Positions 1 through 10,987 are shown, counted from the first letter of the stretch. The stretch: DNA of 64,000 bases from an uncultured Chloroflexia bacterium (GCA_963752475.1 CAVVYR010000026.1:1-64000); one strand, 5' to 3'. Numbers and translations: made by a program. Notes: generated from the sequence alone by a model not told the origin.

Positions 1-3000
1 CCTCAGCCGGCGCGACGAGCCCGAGCTGGTGGGCGGTCGTCGCGGCCGCGACTCGCGACTCCACGCCGAGCTTGCCGTAGATGTTGGAGACATGCACGCT
101 CGCCGTCTTGGGGCTGATGAACAGCCGCTCGGCGATGTCCTGGTTGCTGAGACCGCCTGCCAGGAGTGAGAGCACCTCGACCTCGCGCAGCGTCAGGCCG
201 AACGGACGCTCCCCCTCGCCCGGGGTGACCAACAGCCCATCCGCCGTGGGCACGATCGACAGGCGTGCGCGGCGGGCAAGATCGGTCAGCTCTGCCTCCA
301 GTCGGACGGCGCCTAGCGACGAGGCCATGGCCAGCGCCTCGGCGATGGTCTCCGCTGCCACTTCCCGAGCGTCTCGCTTGGCCAGCTGCGCCTCCGCTAG
401 CCGCCAGAGGGCGTAGGCACGAAGGTACGGTCGGGCGACGACGCGCTCCGCTGCCGTCTTCCAGTGCCGCGTGCGCGTGGCCACATCGGCGTCTCCGACC
501 CGGTCCAGCTCGGCCTTGGCGACGGTCAGGTCTCCGCTCCATGCGTGTGCCAGGGCCCTCCGTCGCTCTGCTCGGCGCATCGATGAGCGCAACCGCGACT
601 CGGCCAACGCCGAGATCCCATCGTCGACTCCGGCCGCTCGCTCGGCCAGCGCTACGTCTGCCGCCGCACGTGCCCCCAGGACCATGAGGTGAGGGATGCT
701 CGCGTCCAGGGGCGCAGGCCGCGCACTCGGTGCCGCGACAGGCGCTGGATCGGTCTCGTCGACAAGCAAGGCCAAGCGAGTCAAAGCCGTTGTGGGGTCG
801 CCCTGCCAGATGGCGTGCTCGGCAACGGCCGAGGTGAGCCAGCGCCGGACGTCGATGGGCGTCTTGTCGTCGATGAGCGTATCGGCCTCGGCGATGTCGG
901 CCTCCGCTTCGGCCGATTGCCCGCGGCCGACAGCCAGGAGCGCGCGTACTGCCAGCAACGAGACTCGACCCGAGCCGACGGCCCCCGAAGCCAGAGCCGC
1001 TTCGACCGCCCGTGACGCCTCATCCCAGCGGCCGAGCTGATAGAGAGCACGTGCGGCGTTCGCGTGCAGGACCGAGCCGATGGTCCGCGAGACACCCTGT
1101 CGCTCCGCGATCGCCATGCCGTCGAGTGCCGCGGCATGGGCTTCGTCATGGCGGCCGACGAGCTCGAGCGCGACCGAGAGCTGGGAGTGGGCCAGCGCCG
1201 AGTAGACCGGATATCGGCTCGTGGATCCCTGGGCTTCGATGCGCTGGGCCTCTTCGACGGTACGGCGGATCGCCTCCAGGCCCGCGTCGACTTCACCTTC
1301 CAGCAGGAGGCACCAGCCCAGCACGCCGTCGGAGATGACCTGCTCCTCCACGGCCTCGGCTTCGCGAGCGACGCCGTTCGCCTCGAGCGCCCGGTCACGC
1401 GCCTGCGGGGTACGTTCGAGATAGAGCAGTAGCGCAGCCGCATGCCCGAGGGCATTGGCATGCCAGCGCCTGGGCAGGTCGGTCGGTTCCGACAGCACGG
1501 CCTCCGCTTCGGCCAGGGCGGCCTCCAGCTCGCCTGCCTCCCACAGGTACCAGCGCAGGCTGGATCGCGCCAGCTCGAAGGCGTCCTCATCGAGGGCGTC
1601 GCGCTGTTCGATGCGCTGGCGTGTGAGCTCGATGGCGCGTCCGAACGTGCCGGTGCGCGCCGCGGCCGACGCCGTGTCCGCCATCAACGTCGTCAGTGGC
1701 TGGCCGGCCACCGTCTCAGGGTCCTCGACGGTGTCCCACAGCTGCAGCGCGCGCTCATCGTGATCACGGGCCTCGCCGAAGGCGAACCTCCGCGCGGCCA
1801 CGCGCCCGGCCTCGATGTGCGCAGCGAGCGCTCGGTCACGATCACCAGCGGCATCCCAATGCGCGGCGATCTCAGTGGTACTGCGTCGCTCGGGTGGCTC
1901 ATCGTCCAGTGCCTCGGCGTATGCCGCGTGGATGCGGCGGGCCTCATCGGGCAGAAGTTGCGAGGCGACCAGCTCTCGCACGATCTCGTGGCGGAAGCGG
2001 TAGTCGGGACCGTCAAGCCGGTCGCTGCGGACGAGGATGTGGTCGTCGAGCGCATAGCGAACCGCGTGTCCGACCTCCTGCTCGGTCAGCCCGCCGGTGA
2101 GGGTGAGCATGCGGTCGTCTACGGAGCGGCCGGCAGCCGCAGCGATGCGCAGCACGTGCATGACCTTTTCGGGCACCTGTGCGATGCGCGCGGCCAGCAG
2201 GTCCCGCAGCTTCGGCGGCAGCTCCCCATCCGGCACGCCGCGAAGCCGCGAGGCCAGCAGCTCCTCCGCGAACAGCGGATTCCCGTCGCTGAGGCGTTGG
2301 ATGTGCTCGGTGAGGCCGTCTTGTGGTCGTCTGCCGAGCATCGCAGCCGCCATCCGTCGCGTGGATCCCTCGTCGAGTGGTCCCAGCTCGATGTGCACCG
2401 ACCGGCTCATCCGACCGAGCTCCGCGAGCAGGGTCAAGACTCGTTGGTCGTCCTCGATCTCCTCGGGCCGAACCGACACGATGAGCGTCGACGGGCCCGA
2501 CTGAGCCAGCCCATGGGCCAGGAAGGCCAGCAGCTCCAGGCTGGCACCGTCGATCCACTGGACGTCCTCGACGACGTAGGCGGTTGGCGCATCCTCGGCG
2601 GCGCGTTCGGCCACTCGCAGGACCGCCTCATACAGGCGTAGTCGCTCCAGCTCGTCACTGCGCTCGTGCTGGCTGCGCCCGGTCGGCTTGCCACGCTCGC
2701 CCCCGGCCTCTGCCGATACCGCGATCTCCGGAAGGAAGCGAGCCAGATCGGCGCGCGCGACACCAAGGATGCGGGCGAGATCGTGTGGCGGCAGCTTTCG
2801 CTGCATATCGCGCAGCAACTCGGCGAAGGGGAGATACGGGACGCCTGACCCGAGCGCCAGACAGTCCGCGCGTAGGGCTCGGACGCTGCTCCCAGCCTGC
2901 TCCAGGGCTGCATCGATCAGGCGGGACTTGCCGATGCCCGCCTCGCCGCTGATCACGACCATGTGACCGTGACCCTCGGACAGGGCGCTCAGCACTTCGG

Positions 3001-3070
3001 CCAGTCGGGCGGATTCGTGATCACGCCCGACCATCACGGGGCTGGTCACGCTACCTGTCACCCCCACCAT
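1..3070 (-). CDS. LuxR-family (LAL/MalT-like) AAA-ATPase transcriptional regulator, 3' end runs off window
   Basis: Not in the ORF track because it has no stop in the window. Manual translation from ATG 3070 gives MVGVTGSVTSPVMVGRDHE...GEAGIGKS (Walker A); the same frame at the left edge reads GLTLREVEVLSLLAGGLSNQDIAERLFISPKTASVHVSNIYGKLGV (LuxR HTH). Confidence 0.92.
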   Translation of the reverse strand, partial: MVGVTGSVTSPVMVGRDHESARLAEVLSALSEGHGHMVVISGEAGIGKSRLIDAALEQAGSSVRALRADCLALGSGVPYLPFAELLRDMQRKLPPHDLARILGVARADLARFLPEIAVSAEAGGERGKPTGRSQHERSDELERLRLYEAVLRVAERAAEDAPTAYVVEDVQWIDGASLELLAFLAHGLAQSGPSTLIVSVRPEEIEDDQRVLTLLAELGRMSRSVHIELGPLDEGSTRRMAAAMLGRRPQDGLTEHIQRLSDGNPLFAEELLASRLRGVPDGELPPKLRDLLAARIAQVPEKVMHVLRIAAAAGRSVDDRMLTLTGGLTEQEVGHAVRYALDDHILVRSDRLDGPDYRFRHEIVRELVASQLLPDEARRIHAAYAEALDDEPPERRSTTEIAAHWDAAGDRDRALAAHIEAGRVAARRFAFGEARDHDERALQLWDTVEDPETVAGQPLTTLMADTASAAARTGTFGRAIELTRQRIEQRDALDEDAFELARSSLRWYLWEAGELEAALAEAEAVLSEPTDLPRRWHANALGHAAALLLYLERTPQARDRALEANGVAREAEAVEEQVISDGVLGWCLLLEGEVDAGLEAIRRTVEEAQRIEAQGSTSRYPVYSALAHSQLSVALELVGRHDEAHAAALDGMAIAERQGVSRTIGSVLHANAARALYQLGRWDEASRAVEAALASGAVGSGRVSLLAVRALLAVGRGQSAEAEADIAEADTLIDDKTPIDVRRWLTSAVAEHAIWQGDPTTALTRLALLVDETDPAPVAAPSARPAPLDASIPHLMVLGARAAADVALAERAAGVDDGISALAESRLRSSMRRAERRRALAHAWSGDLTVAKAELDRVGDADVATRTRHWKTAAERVVARPYLRAYALWRLAEAQLAKRDAREVAAETIAEALAMASSLGAVRLEAELTDLARRARLSIVPTADGLLVTPGEGERPFGLTLREVEVLSLLAGGLSNQDIAERLFISPKTASVHVSNIYGKLGVESRVAAATTAHQLGLVAPAE

Positions 3071-3238
3071 GTCCCGATAGTGCCCCCACGGGGCCGGGGT
3101 GGCAAGACACCTTGAGGTCGCCACTAGGGCGCAGTGCCGATGCGATGCGTGCGCCTTAGCCAGATGCTGACGTCATGTTCGAAGGACAAGGTCGGAGATG
3201 ACGCGGACTGGGTTCGGGTCGACGCGAGGGCGCATCGG

Positions 3239-4095
3239 ATGAATCTCTATCGGAAGCTTCTCGGCGGCGGTGACGTCAGCATCGCCCGCGCCCGTCGGCC
3301 GCAGGAGCTGGCAGCGAGCCTGGAGACAGCACCTCGCGAGGGGCTCGACTGGCTCGGACGCCCTCCGAGCGCGCGGGCCCCATGGATCTACCGCCTCCTG
3401 GTCGGCCTCGCGCTGGCCATCCTGCACCACGTTTGTCGCCTACGGATCGTGGTCGAAGGTCGCGATCGACTGCCCGCTGGTGGCTATGTCGCGGTCTGTG
3501 CGCTCCATCGGAGCTGGCTCGATCCACTGCTGCTCGTCGACGCGCTGCCGCGGGAGCCGCGCATCTGGTTCATGGGCTCTGGAGCAACGGCCTTCGACCG
3601 CGCCTGGAAGGAGCGGCTGCTGCGCAGGACCGGGGGTCTGCTCCCCGTGTGGCGAGGCGGGACGGACGTCTCCGTCCATGTGACGGCGGCCATCTGCGGT
3701 CCTGCATGAGCGAGCCGTCCTGGCCCTGTTCGCGGAGGGCGCCATCGGTGGCCCGCCGGACGAGCCTGCCCGGATGCGCGGCGGTGCGGGCCTGCTCTGC
3801 CTGCGCACGGACGCGCCGATCGTCCCGATCGCCATCTGTGGGGCAGAGGAGCTCTACCGCGGCAAACGCATCAGCGTGCGCATCCTCGAGCCGGTGAACC
3901 CGCGCGAGCTCATCGGGGAACGATGGGACCAGCGTGCCGGAGCCCGGCAGTCGCGACGAGCTGCGCGCTGCCCGTGATCTGACGACGGCGCTCTCGGAGC
4001 GTATCGCTGCGGCCGTTCGGGCGGACTACCGAACCACCGTCGACCCACCGAGCACACCGCGTCGCTGGCACTGGCTCACGCGGTTGCTGCGCTAG
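3239..4095 (+). pseudogene. 1-acyl-sn-glycerol-3-phosphate acyltransferase (PlsC-like), two frameshifts (about 3690 and 3931)
   Basis: HRSWLD (HxxxxD) motif in ORF 3134-3709; LALFAEG and PIVPIAI motifs continue in the next frame; C-terminus EPGSRDELRAARDLTT...WLTRLLR* lies in a third frame ending TAG 4093-4095. May be assembly indels. Confidence 0.8.
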
Positions 4096-4126
4096 CTCAC
4101 ATCCCAGAAGCGATGGAGACGTAGAG

Positions 4127-5833
4127 ATGGCCTCGCGATCCTATCCGGACCCAAGGGACTTCCGATCACTCGTCGAGCTGCTCGACGATGCAGCTGCGCG
4201 CTACCCGCGAGATCGGCCCACGCTCAGCCTGCGGACCGACGACGGCATGACGCTCGCGTGGTCGAGCTTCGAGCTTCGACGCCGAGCTCGCGTCGCTGCC
4301 TGGCGCCTCCATAGCATCGGGCTGCGGCGTGGCGATCGACTCCTGACCTGGAGCCCATCTACGCCCGCGCTTCCGGCCGTCTACTGGGGCGCGATGATGG
4401 CCGGCGTCGTCGTGGTCCCGCTGGACTTGCGCATGGCCCCGGCCGTGCTGCGACGCATCGCCGATCGCGTCGATGCGGACTGGCTGGCCGTCGGCACCGG
4501 ACAGGACGCACCCGATCCGATGGCGAACGACCTGGGGCATCTCTCGCATGCCACCATCGAGGAGCTCGTCGCGGAACCCGACGCCGACGGATGGTTTCCG
4601 GCCGACTGGGAGACGCAGCTCGATGAATGGCCACGCCCGACGCGAGCGGACCTCGTAGAGATCATCTACACCTCTGGGACCACCGGCCAGCCGAAGGGCG
4701 TGATGCTCACGCATGGCACGTTCCTGAGCACGGTCGAGCTTGCCGCGACGATCCTGCCGCCACGGCAGCATCGCATCGTGAGCTTCCTTCCGCTCTCCCA
4801 CCTCTTCGAGCAGGCGATCGTCCTCTACTGCGGGACGATGATCGGGGCCGAGGTCGTCTACGTCCGCACGCGCAACCCTCGAACGATCTTCGAGACGATG
4901 CGCGAGCTGCGTGCCACCACGCTGCTCTGCCCACCTCAGGTCCTGCAGCTCTTCTGGACGGCCCTCACGCGCGAGGTCGACAAGCGAGGCAGGCGCGTGT
5001 CGTTCGACCGCCTCCGGCGAATCGCACGCCATCTGCCCTTCCGCGCACGCCGAGTGCTCTTCCGCCCGGTCTTCTCGTCGCTCGGTGGTGCGCTGACCAT
5101 GATCGGGGTGGCGGCCGCCTACCTGCCGCCCGAGCTGCAGCGATCCTGGGAGGAGCTCGGCGTCCGGATCGTCCAGGGCTACGGCTCGACCGAGACGGGA
5201 TTCGTCGCCAGCAACAGCGAGCGCGATCACCCGACAGGCGTGGTCGGACGCGCGCTGGCTCCGGTTCGGCTTGAGCTGGCCGCGTCTGACTCGGAGATCC
5301 TCGTGGCCGGTCCGACCGTCACGCCCGGCTACTGGCAGGACTCAGAGGCCACCGCGGCGGCCTTCGACGACGAGGGCCGCTATCACACCGGGGACGTCGG
5401 GCGCTTCGACGACGAGGGGCGTCTCATCCTTACCGGACGCAAGAAGAACATCATCGTCCTGCCCAACGGCTTGAACGTGTTCCCCGAGGATGTCGAATCC
5501 GTTCTCGGCGACCACGGCCTCGAGCAGGCCGTCGTGTTGGAGACGACACCGGGACGGATCGAAGCCGTGGTCATGCCCCCGGGGACGTTGCCCATGCTGA
5601 CCCCGGACCGTGGTGGGCAGGAGCCTCGTTCGCCGGAGGAGGAGGCGCGCGTGTCTGCCGAGATCGAGGGCATCATCCGATCGGCGAACCGCGAGCTCGC
5701 GACGCACCAGCGTGTCGACTCGTGGCGGATGTGGCCCGAGCGCGACTTCCCGCGGACCCACCTGCTCAAGGTCCGCCGCGACCCCATTCGGCAGTGGATC
5801 CGAGCGGATGTGCCGCTTGCGGCATGCGACTGA
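4127..5833 (+). CDS. Long-chain acyl-CoA synthetase (AMP-binding enzyme)
   Basis: YTSGTTGQPKG, QGYGSTE, YHTGDVG and GRKKNII adenylation motifs; GGAG upstream. Confidence 0.9.
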   Translation: MASRSYPDPRDFRSLVELLDDAAARYPRDRPTLSLRTDDGMTLAWSSFELRRRARVAAWRLHSIGLRRGDRLLTWSPSTPALPAVYWGAMMAGVVVVPLDLRMAPAVLRRIADRVDADWLAVGTGQDAPDPMANDLGHLSHATIEELVAEPDADGWFPADWETQLDEWPRPTRADLVEIIYTSGTTGQPKGVMLTHGTFLSTVELAATILPPRQHRIVSFLPLSHLFEQAIVLYCGTMIGAEVVYVRTRNPRTIFETMRELRATTLLCPPQVLQLFWTALTREVDKRGRRVSFDRLRRIARHLPFRARRVLFRPVFSSLGGALTMIGVAAAYLPPELQRSWEELGVRIVQGYGSTETGFVASNSERDHPTGVVGRALAPVRLELAASDSEILVAGPTVTPGYWQDSEATAAAFDDEGRYHTGDVGRFDDEGRLILTGRKKNIIVLPNGLNVFPEDVESVLGDHGLEQAVVLETTPGRIEAVVMPPGTLPMLTPDRGGQEPRSPEEEARVSAEIEGIIRSANRELATHQRVDSWRMWPERDFPRTHLLKVRRDPIRQWIRADVPLAACD

Positions 5834-6002
5834 CGCCAGCGACCGTACTGGGCGGCGCAGGTCAGCGGGAGGTTGGCAGTGGCGACTGCGGTAGAGCGGT
5901 CACGACCGTCCAAGTGAGGCAGGAAATAAGGCGCCGTCCGATGACGACCGAGGATCTCGATCGGACCCTGTAGAGGTCACGCCCCGAACGGAGGTATGGA
6001 CC

Positions 6003-7535
6003 ATGCCCGGCTCGCGCACCGAGAGACGTGCACCACCGCTCCTGAGGCGTGCGAACGTTGCTCTACCGCTGTGCGCCGCGAGGGCAATGATCCTCGCGTT
6101 GGGGCTGTCCTTCCTGTGGATGGTTCGGCGCGCCGCGGTACTCTCCCCGCGCCGTCTCCACGTGGCGCCCCTCGATACCGCGCCCGTGGACGCCGATGCG
6201 GTCGCCCACGCCCTGGCGCGGACGATCCAGCACCAGACGATCGCCTGGTCGCGCGATGCGCCGCCGGCAGCCGAGGCCTTCGAGGCCCTGCAAGCCGAGC
6301 TGACTGCGCTCTTCCCCCGCGTCCACGCCACCCTCGAACGCGAGCTGGTGAGAGATCACAGCCTGCTCTACACCTGGCGCGGCAGCGCACCCGGGCTGGC
6401 GCCGATCGTCCTCGTCGCCCACCAGGACGTCGTGCCCGTCGAGCCGGGCACCGAGGACGCGTGGAGCCAGCCCCCATTCTCCGGCGCGCTGTCGGGCGGT
6501 GAGGTGTGGGGCCGCGGCGCCCTCGACGACAAGGGCAGCCTCGTCGCCATGCTCGCCGCCGTGGAGGATCTCCTCGCCGTGGGCTTCGCCCCGCGGCGCA
6601 CGCTGCTGCTCGCGATCGGCCACGACGAAGAGATCGGGGGTGAGGCCGGCGCGCGGGCCATCGTGTCCGTACTCGCGTCACGGGGCGTGCACGCAGACCT
6701 GGTCCTCGACGAGGGCGGCGCCATCTCCGAAGGTGTGCTCCCTGGGCTCGGCCCGGTCGCTCTGGTCGGGGTGGCCGAGAAGGGAGCGGTCAGCCTCGAG
6801 TTGGTGGCCGAGGCGCCGGGCGGACACTCGTCGATGCCGCCGCGCCAGAGCGCGGTCGGCATCGTGGCCGAGGCTGTGCGCCGACTGGAGACCGGTCGCC
6901 CATCCGCGCGACTGGTCCAGCCGACCCGCGCCACCCTGCAGGCCCTTGCTTCCGAGCTGCCCCTACTTCATCGGCTGGTGCTCGCCAACGCGGACGTGCT
7001 CGAGCCCCTGGTGCTGCGTGCCCTGGCGACCCGCCCGGCACTCGATGCCGCGATCCGGACGACGACCGCTGCGACGGTGATCCACGGCGGTACCAAGTCC
7101 AACGTCCTGCCCGAGCGTGCCAGCGCGATCGTCAACTTCCGCATCCTGCCCGGCGAGTCGGTGGACGAGATCATGGCCCACGCGCGAGCGACGGTCGCCG
7201 ACGCGCGCGTACACATCGGGATCGAGCCAGGGACATCGGGCCGTGAACCCACCCCTGCATCGCCTGATGACGGACCGGCCTTCGCGCTCCTGGAGGAGAC
7301 CATCGCTGCGCGTTTCCCCGGCACCGTCGTCGCGCCCTACCTCGTGCTCGGACGCACCGACGCTCGCCACTTCGAGGCGATCTCGGAGAACGTCTACCGC
7401 TTCCTGCCCCTATGCCTTGACGCCGACGCGCGACAGCGCCTTCACGGCACCGACGAGCGAGTGGGCGTAGAGGAACTGGCCGGCGCCGTGGGCTTCTACC
7501 GGGAGCTGATCCGGCGCGCCCAGCGAGATCTCTGA
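6003..7535 (+). CDS. M20 family peptidase/amidohydrolase (carboxypeptidase S/PM20D1-like), N-terminal membrane anchor
   Basis: AHQDVVP, WGRGALDDK, HDEE, LDEG, GGHSS and LHGTDE motifs; GGAGG upstream. Confidence 0.9.
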   Translation: MPGSRTERRAPPLLRRANVALPLCAARAMILALGLSFLWMVRRAAVLSPRRLHVAPLDTAPVDADAVAHALARTIQHQTIAWSRDAPPAAEAFEALQAELTALFPRVHATLERELVRDHSLLYTWRGSAPGLAPIVLVAHQDVVPVEPGTEDAWSQPPFSGALSGGEVWGRGALDDKGSLVAMLAAVEDLLAVGFAPRRTLLLAIGHDEEIGGEAGARAIVSVLASRGVHADLVLDEGGAISEGVLPGLGPVALVGVAEKGAVSLELVAEAPGGHSSMPPRQSAVGIVAEAVRRLETGRPSARLVQPTRATLQALASELPLLHRLVLANADVLEPLVLRALATRPALDAAIRTTTAATVIHGGTKSNVLPERASAIVNFRILPGESVDEIMAHARATVADARVHIGIEPGTSGREPTPASPDDGPAFALLEETIAARFPGTVVAPYLVLGRTDARHFEAISENVYRFLPLCLDADARQRLHGTDERVGVEELAGAVGFYRELIRRAQRDL

Positions 7536-7651
7536 ACGATGGATGCGAGGGCAGATCGCCGGGCCGGGGTTCGAGCCGATCAGTCTGACGTTCGATCGAG
7601 CCTTGACCCATGGGCGGACCATGGAGCCACGCAGCCAACGGGGGTAGGGCC

Positions 7652-7846
7652 ATGGCAGCGAAGGGCCGACGCAATGAGCGGGACCGCCTTCCCGCCGACG
7701 AAGCACGCGCGAGGATCGGCTATCAGAAGTTGGCCTGGTACGCCTCGCCATTCGGGGATATGGGCGTCGCTCTTCTCGTTCTGGCCGCAGTCGTGGACGG
7801 CCTCAGGCGAGTCGCTCGGGCATCGATCCGGATGCTCGTCCGCTGA
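7652..7846 (+). CDS. Small hypothetical membrane protein
   Basis: 64-aa ORF with one hydrophobic segment (MGVALLVLAAVV) filling a gap; no family recognised. Confidence 0.4.
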   Translation: MAAKGRRNERDRLPADEARARIGYQKLAWYASPFGDMGVALLVLAAVVDGLRRVARASIRMLVR

Positions 7847-8003
7847 GCCGCGGATGTCCGAGCTCCTGCGACGTGGGCGACCTCGGGACGACGACCAGGA
7901 AGTCCACGTGATGGACCCAGTCCGTCCAGGCCGAGAGGCCACTTGCACTCGCGAGCCGCAAGCCCGAGTGTCGTGGCGCAAGACGTAGCCCGGAGACGCG
8001 ACC

Positions 8004-9371
8004 ATGGCTCAAGCCGAGCAGGATGTCCCGAGCACACGGCCGAGCGCCATGCTGCCGTGGCGCCAGCTCGGCCTCATGTCCGTCTACTGGTTCGGCATCA
8101 ACCTGGTGTGGGGTGCATACGAGGGCTTCGGACAGAAGCAACTCGAGCTCATCGTGGGCAGGGGATCAGTGGGTACGACGATGGGCAGCCTGGAGCTGCT
8201 GGGTGGGGTCATCGCGCTCCTGACCGTGCCCATGGTCGGGTCGCTCAGCGACTACACCGTCTCGCGCTTCGGCAAGCGCAAGGGCTACATCATCACCGGC
8301 TCGCTCTTCGACATGCTGTTCATCGCGGGCCTCTCGATGATCGCCATGGCCCAGCCGGCCGACTGGGACGGCAGCGCCCTTGGGACGACGGCACTGCTCG
8401 CGGTCTACGCGCTCTGCTACCTGGGCCTGCAGTTCAGCTCGAACGTGGCCCAGGGCCCGTACCAAGGCCTCGTTCCGGACCTCGTGGCCGAGCGCCAGGT
8501 CGGCGTCGCCAGTGGTCTCGTGGGCGTGATGCGCGTGGTCGGCCTCATCAGCGGCATCGCGGTCATGGCCATCGTCGGCGTCAGGTTCGAGCAGTGGGGG
8601 CTGGCTCTGCTGAGCGTCGGCATCGTAGAGTTCGTGTTGGCCGTGTTGACATTCCTCTTCGTCGACGACGGCCCGCAGGGACAACCACGTGGCGACCGTT
8701 CCTGGCCGACGATCGCGCTGAGCACCTGGGATCGCGGCATCCTGCGCGAGCGTTCGTTCGTGCGCATGACCCTGGTTCGGCTGCTCTTCCTCATGGGCGC
8801 GGGCACGTTCATCAACATCAGCCTGCTCTACATCGAGCGCGTCTTCGACGTCACCGACAGCGACGAGAAGTCCGTCCTCTGGATGGCGGCGCTGGGCCTG
8901 GGGCTCGTGGGCACGGTGCTGTCGGCCGTGCCCGCCGGGCGGCTCTCCGATCGGGTCGGGCGCAAGCCGATCGTCTGGGCCGCAGCGGTGGCGGCCATGG
9001 CCGGCGTACTCATCCTCGCTGTCGCACCGAGCCCGGCCATCGCCCTCACCGGCTCCTTCTTCCTGGGCGTGGGCTATGGAGCCTACGTGGCCGTGGATTG
9101 GGCCCTCATGACCGACATCATCCCGCTTGCTTCAAGCGGTCGCTACATGGGCATCGCGAACATCGCCAACTCACTCTCGGGTCCACTCGGGCTGGCCATC
9201 GCCGGACCGGTCATGGATGTCTTCCTGCGAGCTGGCGATGCAGCCACGGGCGCACGGCTGGCCACGGGCCTCGGCATCATCGCGCTGGCGCTCGCCTCGG
9301 TGCTGCTTATCGGCGTCCACCCACGCCGCGAGCCGGGAACTGCGGATCCGCCGCCGACGTCGGTGGAGTAG
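8004..9371 (+). CDS. MFS transporter
   Basis: About 12 hydrophobic helices; GSLSDYTVSRFGKRK and GRLSDRVGRK MFS motif A copies. Confidence 0.92.
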   Translation: MAQAEQDVPSTRPSAMLPWRQLGLMSVYWFGINLVWGAYEGFGQKQLELIVGRGSVGTTMGSLELLGGVIALLTVPMVGSLSDYTVSRFGKRKGYIITGSLFDMLFIAGLSMIAMAQPADWDGSALGTTALLAVYALCYLGLQFSSNVAQGPYQGLVPDLVAERQVGVASGLVGVMRVVGLISGIAVMAIVGVRFEQWGLALLSVGIVEFVLAVLTFLFVDDGPQGQPRGDRSWPTIALSTWDRGILRERSFVRMTLVRLLFLMGAGTFINISLLYIERVFDVTDSDEKSVLWMAALGLGLVGTVLSAVPAGRLSDRVGRKPIVWAAAVAAMAGVLILAVAPSPAIALTGSFFLGVGYGAYVAVDWALMTDIIPLASSGRYMGIANIANSLSGPLGLAIAGPVMDVFLRAGDAATGARLATGLGIIALALASVLLIGVHPRREPGTADPPPTSVE

Positions 9372-9521
9372 GCTGACTGTTCGCAGCGTGAGTCGGCCGC
9401 GTGTGCGACCGCTGACGACCGCGGGCGATGCGGCTCGGTGCTCATGGTGCCGCTCGCTCGCGGCGGGCGAGCCGTGTGGCCCTTGTCGGTATACGTCGCT
9501 CCGTGGCATCGTCCGACTCTC

Positions 9522-10211
9522 ATGAGTGCACCGCGAAACGACTGGTCACCGCCACCTCCGCCGCCGTACGGCCAGCCGCCGGGTCCGCCCCCCGGCCGTG
9601 GCCCATACGCGCCACCACCGCCTCCGCCACCGCAGGGTCAGCCTGGCCCGCCACCTCCGTCTCCTCAGCAGCCTCCGCCCGCACCACGTCCTCGACGCGA
9701 TCGAGGCGGGCTCATCGCGGGAGTGGTGATCATCGGCATCGGCCTGTTCTTCCTGCTCGCCCGGTACGTGCCGGACATCGGTGCCTGGATCCCGCTGTTC
9801 ATCGGCCTCATCTTCCTGGCCGCATTCCTGGTCAAGCGTGAATACGGCTACCTCATCCCAGGCTGCATCGTCAGCGGCGTCGGGGTCGGCATCCTGCTCG
9901 AGATGGCCGTCGGGGATCCGTGGTCAGGGTCAGTCGTGCTCTTCTCGATCGGCGGTGGCTTCATCGCCATCTGGGTCGCGAGCATGCTCGTCCGCATGGC
10001 CGACAAGGATTGGCCGCACGGCGAGTCCAAGGACGCCGGCGATGCGCTCTGGTGGCCGCTCATTCCGGGCGGGATCCTGATCCTCATCGGCCTGGTCGTG
10101 CTCGCCGATGGCAGCGACCTGCTGCAGTGGTGGCCGTTGCTCCTGATCGGCGCCGGGATCATCGTGCTGCTCTCGGCGCTGCGACGCAGGGGAGACGACC
10201 GAGCCGGCTGA
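9522..10211 (+). CDS. Proline-rich multi-pass membrane protein (LiaF/DUF5668-like helices)
   Basis: Poly-Pro N-terminus followed by about 6 TM helices with WWPLLLIGAG-type motifs. Confidence 0.7.
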   Translation: MSAPRNDWSPPPPPPYGQPPGPPPGRGPYAPPPPPPPQGQPGPPPPSPQQPPPAPRPRRDRGGLIAGVVIIGIGLFFLLARYVPDIGAWIPLFIGLIFLAAFLVKREYGYLIPGCIVSGVGVGILLEMAVGDPWSGSVVLFSIGGGFIAIWVASMLVRMADKDWPHGESKDAGDALWWPLIPGGILILIGLVVLADGSDLLQWWPLLLIGAGIIVLLSALRRRGDDRAG

Positions 10212-10231
10212 CGAGATCGCCAGCCGATCCG

Positions 10232-10891
10232 CTAGCGTCGTCGGGCGATGAGCAGACCGGCACGCACGAAGACGCCCGCGGCCTCGAAGCGCTCATCCGA
10301 GGCAGCGCGACGGTTCATGCGATCGATGGCCCGGGCGTCGGGATGGTCGACCTCGTCGATCCAGGCGCCACTGCTGCCGAAGATGTTGTCCACGAGCAGC
10401 AGGCCACCAGGCTTCACCAGGCCAGCCGTCAGTTCGTAGTAGTCCGGATACGAGACCTTGTCGGCATCGATGAAGACGATGTCCTGCGACTCGGAGCCGA
10501 GCTCCTCGACGATCCCCGGCAATAGCTCGAGCGCCTCACCCCGGCGTACGTCGACGCGGTCCCCGACGCCGCAGCGCACGAACTCTCCCTCGCTGAACGC
10601 GGCGTGCTCTTCGGCGTACTCGAGCGTGATGATGCGGGCATCAGGCCGCATGCCCTCGAGCAGCCAGAGGGTGGAATAGCCACCGAGCGTGCCGATCTCG
10701 AGCGCGGTTCGCCCCTGTGTGGTCCCGGCCAGCAAGGCCAGCAATCGTCCTAGCTCTGGCGACACGGCCCAGGTGGGCAGGCCGGCTTCATCCGCGGCCA
10801 GCCGGTTGGCTCGGATGTGCTCAGGCTCGGATCCGTAGACCTCTCGTGCGTAGGCATTGGTGGAATTCCAGCGGGTCTCATCGATGGGCAT
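10232..10891 (-). CDS. O-methyltransferase (caffeoyl-CoA/Methyltransf_3 type)
   Basis: LEIGTLGGYS, DIVFIDADK and LLVDN motifs; start MPIDETRW preceded by TACAGT 6 nt upstream. Confidence 0.92.
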   Translation of the reverse strand: MPIDETRWNSTNAYAREVYGSEPEHIRANRLAADEAGLPTWAVSPELGRLLALLAGTTQGRTALEIGTLGGYSTLWLLEGMRPDARIITLEYAEEHAAFSEGEFVRCGVGDRVDVRRGEALELLPGIVEELGSESQDIVFIDADKVSYPDYYELTAGLVKPGGLLLVDNIFGSSGAWIDEVDHPDARAIDRMNRRAASDERFEAAGVFVRAGLLIARRR

Positions 10892-10987
10892 CGGCCGACT
10901 GTACGAGACTCGGTCGAGTGCGTCGATGGACACATCCATCGTCACGCTACGCTGTCCGTCTCCCATATGCGCAAGGGGATCCCGAAG

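Noticed and set aside
3700-3715. In-frame TGA in PlsC as selenocysteine or read-through
   Set aside because: Homologous sequence resumes in a different frame, so it is a frameshift, not recoding.
7854-7988. Second small ORF (MSELLRRG...)
   Set aside because: No RBS, motif or other support; cannot be distinguished from chance.
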